From NCBI RefSeq assembly GCF_006345805.1, contig NC_043009.1:32736001-32800000 (forward strand): a stretch of DNA of 64,000 bases. Reading direction: 5' to 3'. The DNA comes from Octopus sinensis. Lineage: Eukaryota. The notes under the pieces were generated by a model that was not told the origin of the DNA, ran no database searches, and saw only the letters and a list, made by a program, of their open reading frames with translations. The position numbers and the translations under genes were made by a program. Shown piece after piece: positions 1 to 10,910 of this stretch. Position 1 is the first letter of the stretch. The number at the start of each line of letters is the position of its first letter.

Positions 1-1185
1 AGTTTTAAATCATTTAAATCACTAAAATGGTAAAATCCGGAATCCAAGGTATCTGGTGGTGATTCGAAGATAAAAATATAAATTAAAATGCGACTGGCTT
101 CATCTTTTGTTCGAAATATCTCATATTGTGGACAATGGGTATTTTTACGCATGCACAAAATATTTTCTCTGGAGAGGTGTAGCTACCTGTAATTTTGGAT
201 TTAACAGTTGTCTCAGCAAATTTGCTCACTGAATTTCTTTTATCGGCGACCGTCTAAAAATAACTAATAGCCTTACAAAACAACAAAAAATTAACATGAC
301 TACAATCCATTAGAATTTACTTCGGATCTATCATTCTTATACACACATATGCGTATGCATGTAAGCATATATACTTATATGTATAAGAATGCCAACCACT
401 TTTCGTGATTTGCTACCTCAACAGCTCCTGTGTACGATCCATTGTCTAAAGACATCATCAGGACGAACAACGTACAGTTTCAGTCCCTAGTCCTCTACTG
501 TTATCGACGTGGCGCCCCCCCCCCACACACACACAGATTTTCACAAATCTAAATATTTGTTGCATTCACTGCGGAGTAGATTTAATAAACAATATTAATT
601 CGTTGCAGGCGAAATTTTCCGTTTTCATTTCCAGCAGTTCCTCACTCTCTCTCTCGCTTCTATTTTCATTAATGATAATTTGATATATATTCATTTCAAT
701 GTTTTCATTTCAAGTTTTAATTCGCTATTCGCAAAACCCACAATTTATTTTATATACGTAATGTAAAAAAAAATATTATTTTAATGAATGAATGTTATTT
801 GTCAAAATAGCTGTATACCTTTGAGGCTTATATTTGATAAATTTTTTTTTTTAATATACTGGTATAATTTTAAAAACATTATAAGTGATTTTGTTGGTAT
901 GAATGTTTGGAATGCTATAAGCCTTACACTAATTACTATGTAATCACTCCTTTTTCTAGCACGCTAAACATTGAAATTTGTTTCAATTACAGATATATTA
1001 CAACTACTAGGCAAATTAGATGTTTTATGAGTTGAAGTTTTCAGAAAAATTTACTTTCTAAACTTCCATTTATTATTGAATATTTCAAGTTCACAAATTT
1101 AAATATTCGGTACAAGATTGTTTTCAACGAGCTTTTATTAATACAATTTTTCCATTTCATGTTTATTCCATTCATTGTTTGCAAT

Positions 1186-1365
1186 GTGCGTGTGTGTGTG
1201 TGTTTGTCTCCACCGTCTCTACAGCCGATCTTTGTCTAACATAGCGGTTAGTCAAAAGGGATCCATAGAATAAGTACCAGACATTACAAATAAGTACTAG
1301 TGTCTAACTGCTGGTGCTCCAGTCTGGTTGCAGCTCAGTGACTGAAACAAGTAAGAGATAAAATA
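1186..1365 (+). mobile_element. 3' part of tRNA-derived SINE family B (octopus OK/OR-type), degenerate
   Basis: Matches the 3' half of the fuller copy at 3516-3870 (ttagcggtt..., atagaataagtac..., ggtgctccag...gcag...tgactgaaac...aagagataaaa). Confidence 0.65.
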
Positions 1366-1481
1366 TAAAGTAAATTAGAAGAAGCATTGGGAGTGTCAGG
1401 CAGAAATTTCTTTGTAGCATCGTGTCGTTTCACTAAACTTTGAAATAAAATCCACCAAGGTTTATTTGCTTAACCTCTAAC

Positions 1482-1647
1482 TCAACAGATAAAGTGCCAA
1501 CCAAGTACGGGTGTCAAGTACAATGATTTCCCTAAGTAACTTCCCACTCTCTTTCCAACTTGACCCCATAAGCGGGAATGCCAGGTTCTTTTACATCGTG
1601 ACTCCATTAATACTTTCACCAGAACAAAACAGCGAAGAAGACGATGG
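1482..1647 (-). CDS. Candidate spliced coding exon of an unidentified host gene (possibly terminal)
   Basis: Acceptor-like ctcttttacaaatttatag| at 1648-1649. Only the phase-2 frame is open (SHRLLRCFVLVKVLMESRCKRTW...WHFIC*). AATAAA follows shortly after the stop. No homology recognised. Confidence 0.25.
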
Positions 1648-2316
1648 CTATAAATTTGTAAAAGAGCACGTGAAAGGCATCTGGAAGTTCCCACGGGACT
1701 AATTTGACATTCCTAGCAGCAAGGAACTTAAACTTGTACTTAGCATGAGTGATTCCTTCATTGAATATGATAAAACTAAATATTTGATCATATCTAAATA
1801 TTTATTCTACAATTAACATGTAATTTCACACAAACCACTTTTTAAAACTATTTATTGCATCAAATGTATAATAACTTTACTTCTTACTGTATTTTAAAAA
1901 GAATTTTCCGTCAGTTTTGTTTTTACTTATCCTGTTTTATTTTTTGTTTTGTTTTGTTTTGTTTCCCTTATTTGCTTGTTTTAGGTAAGGAAGTCTTAGA
2001 TAGCATTAGTAAATTTTTCATGAATTCTCTAAAGATGAGATATTCTAAATATTTATCTAAGAGAGATTAAACGAGCATTTGCATCATTATGGCTTTTGGA
2101 TATGAATAAGTAAATATGTGCTCAAGAGAAACCTTGATATATCCAAATGAAAAATGAAACAACAGCGATTACGTTATGTTTGTGTGTAGATAGAAGTTTG
2201 CAGGTGTACGTTTCTAATAATCTGAGCGAAGTATTCATGGGAAAAGAGAGAAATTGAGAAGCATATTTATTTAGAAGACTAATAATAGCACAAGCAGCAG
2301 CGAAGAGGCGGAGGGA

Positions 2317-2407
2317 GAGAAGAAGAAGAAGAAGAAGAAGAAGAAGAAGAAGAAGAAGAAGAAGAAGAAGAAGAAGAAGAGAAGAAGAAGAAGAAGAAGA
2401 AGAAGAA
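2317..2407 (+). repeat. (AAG)n microsatellite
   Basis: Direct reading; explains the poly-L/F/S ORFs at 2122-2552. Confidence 0.97.
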
Positions 2408-3515
2408 TGATAACTATGAGGAACTTTAAAAGAAAAAGTAGTAGAGGGTATAGCAACATGACTGAAAATTCTGACATATTGAGAAGGACATATGGACCAA
2501 AAAACAGGTGAAAAGAGGGAGAGAAAGAAGTATTGCACAGAAAGAATTCCACACTAGCACACTAATAACATAAAGCAACTGGCAACTTTATAAGTGACAA
2601 GTACCTACATTTCTTGTTGAAATAAATGCTAAATAGCCATGGGTACGTGTTGAAGGTCTGCTGAAATGCAGACAAGAACTACATTACAAGCAGAGCTTCT
2701 AGAACATGCACTCCTCAAAAAAAAAATATAGAAACCGCCAAACTCATAACACTACATTTTTATATCTTGCTTGCCAAGCAAAATACGCATCATATGCCAA
2801 AACAAGATGGTACTCATGAAGCAGGATAAAACTTGTTAGAAGAGAAACAGAAAGGATGTCACAAACGGATGCATGGTCGTGCAGAACGTCACATGACAAT
2901 TGTAGAAGTTGATGAAAAATAACGAAGCAAAACTTACCTTACAGTAATCGGAAGTGATTAGCACACCTTTCCTACGCATGAATTTATCCTAATAGGCGGT
3001 ATATCATTCATATTGCCCTACAAGATAAAGAGTAGATGGGGAAAACCAATCCTAGACACATAGGAAGCGGACTCTTCTACGGTGACCCTATATATTATAT
3101 CTTATTTATTTTCCGGTGGTCTGGTGCCACAAAAATAGCTATTTAATACAACGGCAAATTGTTGTAGAGGTTCACGACGGACAACTTCTATGTATCATCG
3201 TTACATGGACGTCTTGAAAACATTAGCAAAGCATTACTACACCTGTTCGGAAAACTTACTAAATATGTCTATAGATTTAGACAGAAAATAAAATTAGCTA
3301 GATACGACACAATTGCCATAAGAATAGACAAATTATCGAAATCTGAGAAACAGACATTAATCAGAGAATTAGATGAGACGCATCCATACAAACACAGCTT
3401 GATACGGAAAGTTTTGCTGAACGGTTATAAAGATATTACAAGTAAACTTCAATGTGAGAAATAGGCATGAATATACACTCCACCTATATCATTAGGAAGC
3501 TGATATGAATAGAAT

Positions 3516-3870
3516 ATGGCTGTGTGGAAAGTAGTTCCGGGTTCAGTACCACTGCGTGACACCTTGGACAAGAGTCTTCTACCATAGCCTCAGGCAGACC
3601 AAAGCCTTGTGAGTGGGTTTGGTAGACGGAAGCTGAAAGCCCGTCGTATGTTTGTGTGTGTTTGTGTGTATCTGTGTTTGTCCCCCAACCATCGCTTGAC
3701 AATAGATGTTGGTGCGTTTACGTCCCCGTAACTTAGCGGTTCGGCATAGGACACCAATAGAATAAGTACTAGGCTTACAAAGAATAAGCCCTGGGATCGA
3801 TTTGTTCGATTAAATGCGGTGCTCCAGCATGGCCGCAGTCAAATGACATGAAACAAATAAAAGAATAAAA
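3516..3870 (+). mobile_element. tRNA-derived SINE family B, near full length (partial head deletion)
   Basis: ggctgtgtgg head, B-box-like ccgggttcagtacc, ggtagacggaagctgaaag core, internal (GT)n, 3' ggtgctccagcatggccgcagtcaaatga...aataaaagaataaaa; homologous to other copies in the window. Confidence 0.9.
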
Positions 3871-4083
3871 TAAAGTACCCATCACACAAGGACGAAAGTT
3901 ACGGATGAAAATAAAAACCCCAGACGGCGTGAACTATGGTACGAGGAAAATAAACGGTAGTAAACTGAAACGAATTAACGAAACCTACTTAGACGAAGAA
4001 AGCAAAGGATGACAGCATTTCACACTAAATAATGACTAATAAACTGTCAAGTAAAGAAAGATAAATTGGAAAACAAATATCAG

Positions 4084-4294
4084 TTTCAAATTCTGGAACA
4101 AGGCCAGCAAACTGGGGGAGGGGGTAAGTCGATTACAAAGCCCCCACTGCTCAACAGGTACTCTTTTTAGCGATCCCGAAAGGATGAACAGCAAAGTGGA
4201 CGTCGGCGAAATTTGAACACAGAACGTAAAGTTGAAGGAAATGTGGCTAAGCATTTTGTTCGGCCGGTTAACCATTCAGCTAGTTCACCGCCTT
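4084..4294 (-). mobile_element. tRNA-derived SINE family A (octopus OR-like)
   Basis: Reverse complement begins aaggcggtgaactagctgaatgg..., then gttctgtgttcaaatt, catcctttcggg, gtaatcgacttacccc; same as the + copies at 7371, 8798 and 21275. Confidence 0.9.
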
Positions 4295-5708
4295 AAAGGA
4301 ATATAAATATTCAAAGAGAAACATGTTTATTCAAAATTGTACTCTAACATCTACAAAATACCGGAGAGAAAAACTTCATTAGAAGACCAATTCTCGGAAG
4401 AGAAGAATTAAACTAGATTGAGATCTTTGGGTAAAATTTAGAAAGAAAATATTTATGATTTTAGCTGACAAAAAAATGACTAGGTTGAAATAATACGAAA
4501 AGTTAAATGATGAAAATGATGCAGTGGACAGGTGAACACAAAAGAAGTAGAGCTAATTAACCAACTAAAGAACCTGGAGATATTCGCGATAAGGTAGCAA
4601 CGGTCTTTATGATACTGAGACACATATACTTCGAAGTAAAAAGTCTAAGAATAGACATATGCCTAATACGGTACTTCAGGGTGATCGTGGCACCATATTC
4701 TGGGATATGCCAACCCGGAATCTCCGCGCCGAAAAAATTCATAAGTGTATCGTAGTCATGTGATCACTGACTGATATATCGTTCTTTCTCAGCAAAATAC
4801 TGAGTGAAACGATAGTGATTTTGAAATAAAAATATGTAGACTGTTGGTCACAAATGTAAAAGACTACTATTAATGATGGATTGTCTCCTCCGACCAAATA
4901 TGTTCATATCATACAAACGCTTACAGCATTAAATATGTTCTAAAAAACCTCTTAGGTGCAGCCCATTTCATATGTAAAATGTACTTATATCACTCTCGCC
5001 AGGCAAAGCATATTTTTACCCCACCAAACATAACATGTCACACAACACACATACAATATAGATCACCATCATCCTGTAGCACAACATATACTCTATAAAA
5101 TCAACTGCCATTAATACTAGACAACACACACATAACACATACCTAAACATAAATCACTAAGTACTTACACAGCACGCATTCTTAGGCATATTATCATATA
5201 AGGCAGTTGAAATCTGTTGTCTAATTTTCATATAATGCTATCATTGTATAAATAGCGTCTCCCATCTGATGTATCGCTTTATTCTCACACCACTGTCAAC
5301 ATATGATGCCTCATTGATTTTCACATTTGCCAGTTTACAGTTGCTGGCAATTGACTTCATTATTTGTCTCCTCTATTTACCTTCCAAGCAAATGTCTTAA
5401 TTATCATTTGTAAACTGACAAGTTATCAGTTGAAACAGACTAATTAATTCAACATCTAATTAACCTTTGTTTTACAATTTATCTTCACAGATCATTAATC
5501 CTTTGTAGCAGATGGTTGGTCATTTGGAATAGTGTAAGAAAGTGTCAGTTAATGATCCAGATATATAAACTATAGAACATGGAACCCCAATTAACACCTT
5601 CAAGTCAAAAGTATCTCGCACCACATCGAATAATCTGCTTAAACACGTCCATATTCGGTGGTACTCTCTGATCCCAAAAGAGGAAAAGTTTCTGCAGTCT
5701 TTGCTCAC

Positions 5709-5813
5709 CTTCCCAGACTGGCCATGTCAAGAGAGATGGCACTGAATATCAATGTGTGTAGTTTGATGCGTGCTACAAGATCCATTAACTGTAGAGGCTT
5801 CAGACCTGGCGTT
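5709..5813 (-). CDS. Candidate 105-nt internal coding exon (phase 2-2) of an unidentified host gene
   Basis: Strong acceptor tttccctcattccatatttttcttag| and donor GAAG|gtgagc. Length is a multiple of 3 and only one frame is open (TPGLKPLQLMDLVARIKLHTLIFSAISLDMASLG). No homology recognised. Confidence 0.35.
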
Positions 5814-5976
5814 CTAAGAAAAATATGGAATGAGGGAAATATTTCGTATGTGATTTGATGGAGGGAATGAGCATACATAGTACATACATTTGATCACTAT
5901 AAACAAATCATTTGTGCAGGTCGTTCGGCAAAAGTTGAACTCTCATACGTCGTCTCTTCGATGGAGGACTCCATAT

Positions 5977-6120
5977 TTATTATCATTAACGCTATTACAT
6001 ATGACATCAGTTAGCAGGAATGCTACCTTTATTCAAGAATTGTTCTGAAAGCTCTTGTAGCATACAAGATTGCGCTTTTCTGCAGGTCGACAATTGGAGC
6101 TTCAATTCCTTCATAATAAC
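5977..6120 (-). mobile_element. Dong/R4 LINE extreme 3' end (5'-truncated), minus strand
   Basis: 6115-6029 translates YEGIEAPIVDLQKSAILYATRAFRTILE* (RLE C-terminus, cf. LQKSALLGTARILRKVL), then a short 3' UTR ending gcgttaatgataataa. Confidence 0.75.
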
Positions 6121-6124
6121 AATA

Positions 6125-6440
6125 GTTGAGAGAAAAGTTGAGAGATATGACAGGTTAGCATGGAACGTTAAGCAGTTGTGGTCGATGAAAAAGGTAGCAG
6201 TAATACCGATAATTGTCGGAGCCCTGCGAACAGTGAGCAAAAATCTCGAGAAGTACGTGGAACAAATAGGGGCTGCAACAAGGGTGGAGCACTTGCAGAA
6301 AACAGCACTGCTTGGAACCGCTCGAATACTCCGGAATGTGCTCGAAAAATAAGAGGTGTTACCATAGTTCACTGGTAGTGAAAGGCAGTCACTGTAGTAC
6401 ACCTCCAGCGTTAGAAGCTGTGCAAAGGCAATGATAATAA
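6125..6440 (+). mobile_element. Dong/R4 LINE 3' end (RLE endonuclease C-terminus plus 3' UTR), 5'-truncated
   Basis: ERKVERYDRLAWNVKQLWSMKKVAVIPIIVGALRTVSKNLEKYVEQIG...LQKTALLGTARILRNVLEK*, a typical RLE C-terminus; the UTR ends aatgataataa. Confidence 0.92.
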
Positions 6441-6442
6441 AG

Positions 6443-6925
6443 AGAAGAAGAAGAAGAAGAAGAAGAAGAAAGAAAGAGGAGGTGGAGAAGAAGAAGAAGA
6501 AGAAGAAGAAGAAGAAGAAGAAGAAAAAGAAAGAGGAGAAGAAGAAGAAGAAAAAGAAAGAGGAGAAGAAGAAGAAAAAGAAGAAGAAGAAAAAGAAGAA
6601 GAAAAATAAGAAGAAGAAGAAAAAGAAGAAGAAGAAGAAGAAAAAGAAGAAGAAGAAGAAGAAGAAGAAGAATGAGGAGAAGAAGAAGAAGAAGAAGAAA
6701 AAGAAAGAGAAGAAGAAAAAGAAGAAGAAAAGAAGAAGAATGAGGAGAAGTGGAAGAAGAATGATGAGGAGAAGAAGAAGAAGAAGAAGAAGAAGAAGAA
6801 AAAGAAAGAGGAGAAGAAGAAAAAGAAGAAAAAGAAGAAGAAGAAGAAAAGAAGAAGAAGAAGAAGAAGAAGAAGAGAAGAAGAAGAAGAAGAAGAAGAA
6901 GAAGAAGGAGAAGAAGAAGAAGAAT
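6443..6925 (+). repeat. ~480-bp degenerate (AAG)n polypurine tract following the LINE 3' end
   Basis: Direct reading; source of the poly-K/R and poly-F/S ORFs. Confidence 0.97.
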
Positions 6926-6974
6926 ATAGTGGTACAGCCTTAGGGAAAGTTATTATCAACATAGAAATTTTCCA

Positions 6975-7150
6975 GTGATAATCGTTATCCTCTTTATGTC
7001 TACCTCACTCAGCTTAGTATAAAGCAATGCGTAGAGAGGATTCCAGATAGTAAAGGAAAAATTAACCATTTACTCTTCATGGATTTTCCGACGTTTTTAA
7101 GTAAGAATTAAAAACTGATAGATTCTTTGATATAAACTGTAAGTTCAGGA
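6975..7150 (+). mobile_element. Dong/R4 LINE RT fragment
   Basis: KGKINHLLFMDFPTFLSKN*KLIDSLI*TV, cf. KINHLLFMDDLKLYGKNEKQIDSLIQTV. Confidence 0.8.
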
Positions 7151-7154
7151 AAGC

Positions 7155-7350
7155 AGCAGATTATCGTATTAAAGAGACAGCCCATGTGTTTCTTACAGAG
7201 ATGCTTTTCCCTTCATCCAGTTTTGTGTTGACCACCTTTTTTACTCCCCTGAGATGTTTGTTTCTCACCTTTGCTTTCATTTCTTGACAGAGAATTCTCT
7301 TTAGCTCTGCTAAACTTTGGTACTTGTAACTGTTACCGTTATTCATTGCT
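7155..7350 (-). mobile_element. Dong/R4 LINE post-RT (thumb) fragment
   Basis: SYKYQSLAELKRILCQEMKAKVRNKHLRGVKKVVNTKLDEGKSISVRNTWAVSLIR, cf. YKYLG...EMKEKIRKEY..RV..IL..KLNGGN.I.AINTWAVSLIRY. Confidence 0.8.
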
Positions 7351-7370
7351 TTGATTATTTGAGGCGGCGA

Positions 7371-7570
7371 GCTGGCAGAATCGCTAGCACGCCGGGTAAA
7401 ATGTGTAGCATCATTTCGTCCCTGTCTTTACATTTTGAGTTCAAATTCCACCGAGGTTGACTTTGCCTTTTAGCGATCGATAAATTAAGTACCATTGAGA
7501 CACTAGCGTCGATATAATCGACTAGTCCCCTCTTCTAAGGTGTTAGGCCATGTTCCTTTAGTAGAAATTG
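7371..7570 (+). mobile_element. tRNA-derived SINE family A
   Basis: gaggcggcgagctggcagaatcgctagcacgccggg head; gagttcaaattcc B box. Confidence 0.9.
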
Positions 7571-7594
7571 TTGCTATTTTATTAATTGAAGTAG

Positions 7595-8050
7595 CAGCAA
7601 AAGCAGCAGCAGTAGTTGTAGTAGTAGTAGTGCTCTTATTGTTGATTTTGCTATAATTCTTATTTTCAATTTCATTTTTGCCTCGTAATTCATACCCTGT
7701 TGGCTCGAACCTAGGAGCCTGAAACTGAATATGGAATATATCATTTGAGCGGATTTGCCTGTCTGCAATATTTGTGCTCTTCTGTGTAGAGCAATCTGGA
7801 TTACATAGATTTGGATATTACCTGAGATAACTTTTTGAATTTCCATTTCTTTCTCCAGGATTCCTTGTATTCTACAGTTTCTCTATGATATTCACGTAGG
7901 TGTTTCTTTCAGCTACATTGTCGTCTGTATTGCTGTTTTTGATAAATATTTCTCTAATCCTAATCTCTCTTTGTTAAAAATGTCTCTCTTTCAATGTTCA
8001 CGGTGCTTCTATAAGTTCTCCTAATATAGACACAAGTTCGTAGTTACAAA
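7595..8050 (-). mobile_element. Decayed Dong/R4 LINE 3' end with (CTA)/(CTG) tail
   Basis: IPGEEMEIQKVISGNIQIYVIQIALHRRAQIL resembles the RLE C-terminus (IPG....IQK....TAHILR); triplet tail at 7597-7635. Confidence 0.55.
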
Positions 8051-8212
8051 CAAGACACGCTGTTTTAACAACTCTGCTCAATTAAATAACAACGTATACA
8101 ATATATATTGATATAGAGGGGTTTTAATGTTTTGTTGTGCTAGGTATTATGCATATAATATATAACGATTCTATATGAAAATAAGTGCATATGAATTATG
8201 TACAAACGTGTA

Positions 8213-8640
8213 TACTAGGTCTGATCAAAAAACATCGGGACTGTTGCCGTGGTAACGGAGCTAAGCACACAGAGTCAAGCCACTAGGCACATTTTGACCC
8301 TAAACTTTGTCGTGCATGCACACTAATTTATATCGTTCTTGCTCATTTCTGTTGGTTATAGCAGTTCTTGGAAGTAAAGTGTGTAGGGTGTGGTCGTCTG
8401 AAAAAGAACACCGGTTTTTCAACGGCACATGATTTCCTTGATTGTGTTGAGGAAGACGAAAACGTTTTGAAAACAGACATAACAGGTGACGAATCGTAGG
8501 TTATGGCTCTGACCCCAAAACCAAGGCTCAGTCTTCGTAATGGAACCCCCCAAAAGAATTCAAGACGTTGAGAAAATCCAAGAGAATGTTGCAGGACAGC
8601 AGCTCGTTATCCGAAACAGGGAGTTCTTGTTTCCATGAAT
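8213..8640 (+). mobile_element. Internally deleted mariner (DD34D-type) relic
   Basis: TIR-like start tactaggtctgatcaaaaaacatcggga; DFLDCVEEDENVLKTDITGDES*V..DPKTKAQSS*W (cf. IITGDETWVYGYDPETKAQSSQW); C-terminal FQDVEKIQEN-like motif. Confidence 0.8.
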
Positions 8641-8797
8641 ATTAAGGCATGTATTATATATTGTATGTATTATATGTTATATATTTCTTTGTTACGTTAG
8701 ACAATTCTCTGTACCAAGTATAAACTTTATTTATACCATATATCAACTTTATATCTGACCTGCTAACACGATAATGTATGTAATATATAATATGTAT

Positions 8798-9010
8798 AAG
8801 GCGGCAAGCTGGCAGAATCGCTAGCGCCGCAGCAAAAAAATATTTAGCGGCATTCCTTCGGACTTCGAATGTTCAGAGTTCAAATGCCGCTGTGGTCGAT
8901 TTCACCGTTCATCCTTTCGGGTTCGATAAAATAGGTACCAGTTGAGTACTTGGGGTTATCGACTTACACTATTCCCTGAAATTGCTGGTCTTGTAGCAAA
9001 ATTGAAACTA
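8798..9010 (+). mobile_element. tRNA-derived SINE family A
   Basis: aaggcggcaagctggcagaatcgctagc head, gagttcaaatgcc, catcctttcggg, 3' gaaattgctggtcttgtagcaaaattgaaac. Confidence 0.9.
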
Positions 9011-9126
9011 ATATATATGCATATACGATGCTTCACTGCTTAGCTTGCTAACAGGTATTTTAACAAGGGCAGATAAGTTATAAGCTATTAAAATATAATA
9101 ACACAACATATATGATTGAGTAATTT

Positions 9127-9190
9127 GTGGTGTAAGCGATACCACGCCTCTTGCTATGCTTTGTGTCTAGGTTCGAGTCTGTATAGCGGT
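9127..9190 (+). pseudogene. Isolated tRNA-like or SINE-head relic with A and B boxes
   Basis: tggtgtaagcg (A box, 9128-9138) and ggttcgagtct (B box, 9170-9180) at tRNA spacing; cloverleaf not convincing. Confidence 0.3.
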
Positions 9191-10229
9191 ATTTTTCAAC
9201 TGGCGCTTATTAGTTATTGAAATATATATGTTAGGTCACATATCAATGTTATCTGGGTTTTTTTTTCTGTAGTCTCATTTAATGCCTTACAGATAATAGT
9301 AGTTGTGGTGGAAGAGAGAAAGAAAGAGAGAGAGAGAGAAAGAGGAAGAGTTTTATTACAGTGATAGATTAGATAGGTAAACAGATGGGATGAAGATTGA
9401 CAAGATGGAAGTCAGTAGCTTGAGAAAGAGTTAGTGATGGGAACAGACAGTTAAAGATAACTAGAGATGAGAAAATGTGTAAGAGACAGAAAGTGAGACT
9501 GTGAGGTAGAAATGAGAGAAAGAGAGGAAAATAGAACTCTACTGTATAGAGGGAAAAATTAGACATGGGACGTATGCTTGTATGCAAATGTAGGCATGAG
9601 TGCGCACGCGTGTGTGTGCGTATTTGAGAGTGTATGAATGCATGCATACATATACACCTATACGTTACTGCGTGTGTACATACATTGCAGTTAAATAGTT
9701 AAATTAATATTGTAGCATATTATAGATCGTAAAATCATAAATTTCAGGAAACTGAAGATAATTTTCAATGGTTTTTACCTGTTGCAAACGAGCATTTGGA
9801 ACTGACAAACATTTGTCGAAGATTAAAATTTATTTTCAGCCTCTAGAATTCCTTGTGGTGGAATGAAACCTTAATGAACAGTAAGAACTAATTAGTTGTT
9901 CACAATTGCTATTCAGAATATTTCAAGTCCTCTTTTATAACCCATAGTTATTGAACACGTGTCATTTTGAATATATTGTTTTGTATTCTTTTATGCTGTA
10001 TCAAGTATTGTACATTCCTGGAATGGATTAGAATTTATCATAACACGAGGTTTAATAGGAGCGGGGTGCGATAATTAAAATCATTTCAAATGTGTTTGTT
10101 TTATTGGATTGTTAAAAATGTATTTGACACTGCAAGCTAAATTCCAGTTCGACAATATAGAAGGAAAATAAGCGTCGATATGGGGCTACGGTATTATGGC
10201 TGGATATAGTGCTAACGTCATCTGTTAAT

Positions 10230-10456
10230 GGTGACGATGAACGAGGAATCGTTGATGCTGTTGACAATAATAGTAACGAGAGTAATAACGTTGATAAAGA
10301 TGATGGCGATGGGGACGACGACGGCGATGATTACGATGATGATGTAGATAATGATCATGACGATGATGTTGATGGTGAGGATGATCCTTAAATTAATCAA
10401 TCTCTAAAATAATACTTTCATGTATCAAACTTTTTGCAACAGCAGCAGCAGCAGCA

Positions 10457-10509
<53 letters not shown>

Positions 10510-10651
10510 GGTGGTGGTGGTAGTAGTAGTAGTAGTAGTTGTTGTTGTTGTTGTTGTTGTTGTTATTGTTGTAGCAGCAGTGGCAGCAGCAGCAGCAGCA
10601 GTGGCAGCAGCAGCAGCAACAATAGTAGTAGTAGTAGTAGTTGTAGTAGTA

Positions 10652-10686
<35 letters not shown>

Positions 10687-10688
10687 TG
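10230..10688. repeat. (GAT)-rich tract and compound triplet array (AGC)(GGT)(AGT)(GTT)(AGC)(AGT)(TAC)
   Basis: Direct reading; source of the poly-D/S/V ORFs. Confidence 0.95.
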
Positions 10689-10910
10689 AGCGTTAAATGT
10701 TTAAATGGCGTGAATTTCTCTTGTCCCGTCTGTCATGTATCATCAATGAAGTCTAATTTATGTCGGAGACCCGAGTCATTATTGCTGGTCCTGTTGAAGT
10801 GAGGACTTTTCGCATTATAATACTAGGCTTCATCAAGTTGAGATATGTTCTGTTGTATTCTTGCGGAACTCCTAACAACATAAATCTCTTCACAGTCACA
10901 CACATATATA

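Larger units (their letters stand above)
2580..4760 (+). mobile_element. Heavily decayed Dong/R4-clade (RLE) non-LTR retrotransposon, RT to RLE region, interrupted by two SINEs
   Basis: Colinear degraded motifs: GLFYGDPIYYILF (3069 on, cf. GIFQGDSLSPLLF), YMDVLKTLAK (3202 on, cf. YMDDLKLYAK), IRELDETHPYKH (cf. ...YKYLG), IFWDMPT (4701-4712, cf. RLE ILWDMPI). Many stops and frameshifts. Confidence 0.65.

Noticed and set aside
1511-1702. Plus-strand ORF with FQLDPISG, reminiscent of a cadherin repeat
   Set aside because: No LDRE/LDYE or DxNDNxP motifs and no start or splice support; probably chance.
4763-4819. Hairpin with CTGACTGA and GAAAC resembling a hammerhead
   Set aside because: Core spacing is wrong, and the sequence is better explained as a simple imperfect inverted repeat.
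6411-6962. 170-183-aa ORFs (poly-K/R, poly-F/S)
   Set aside because: Pure translations of the (AAG)n tract. The same applies to all YI/MYVC/HT/poly-L ORFs in the track, including 52383-53003 and 61580-62059.
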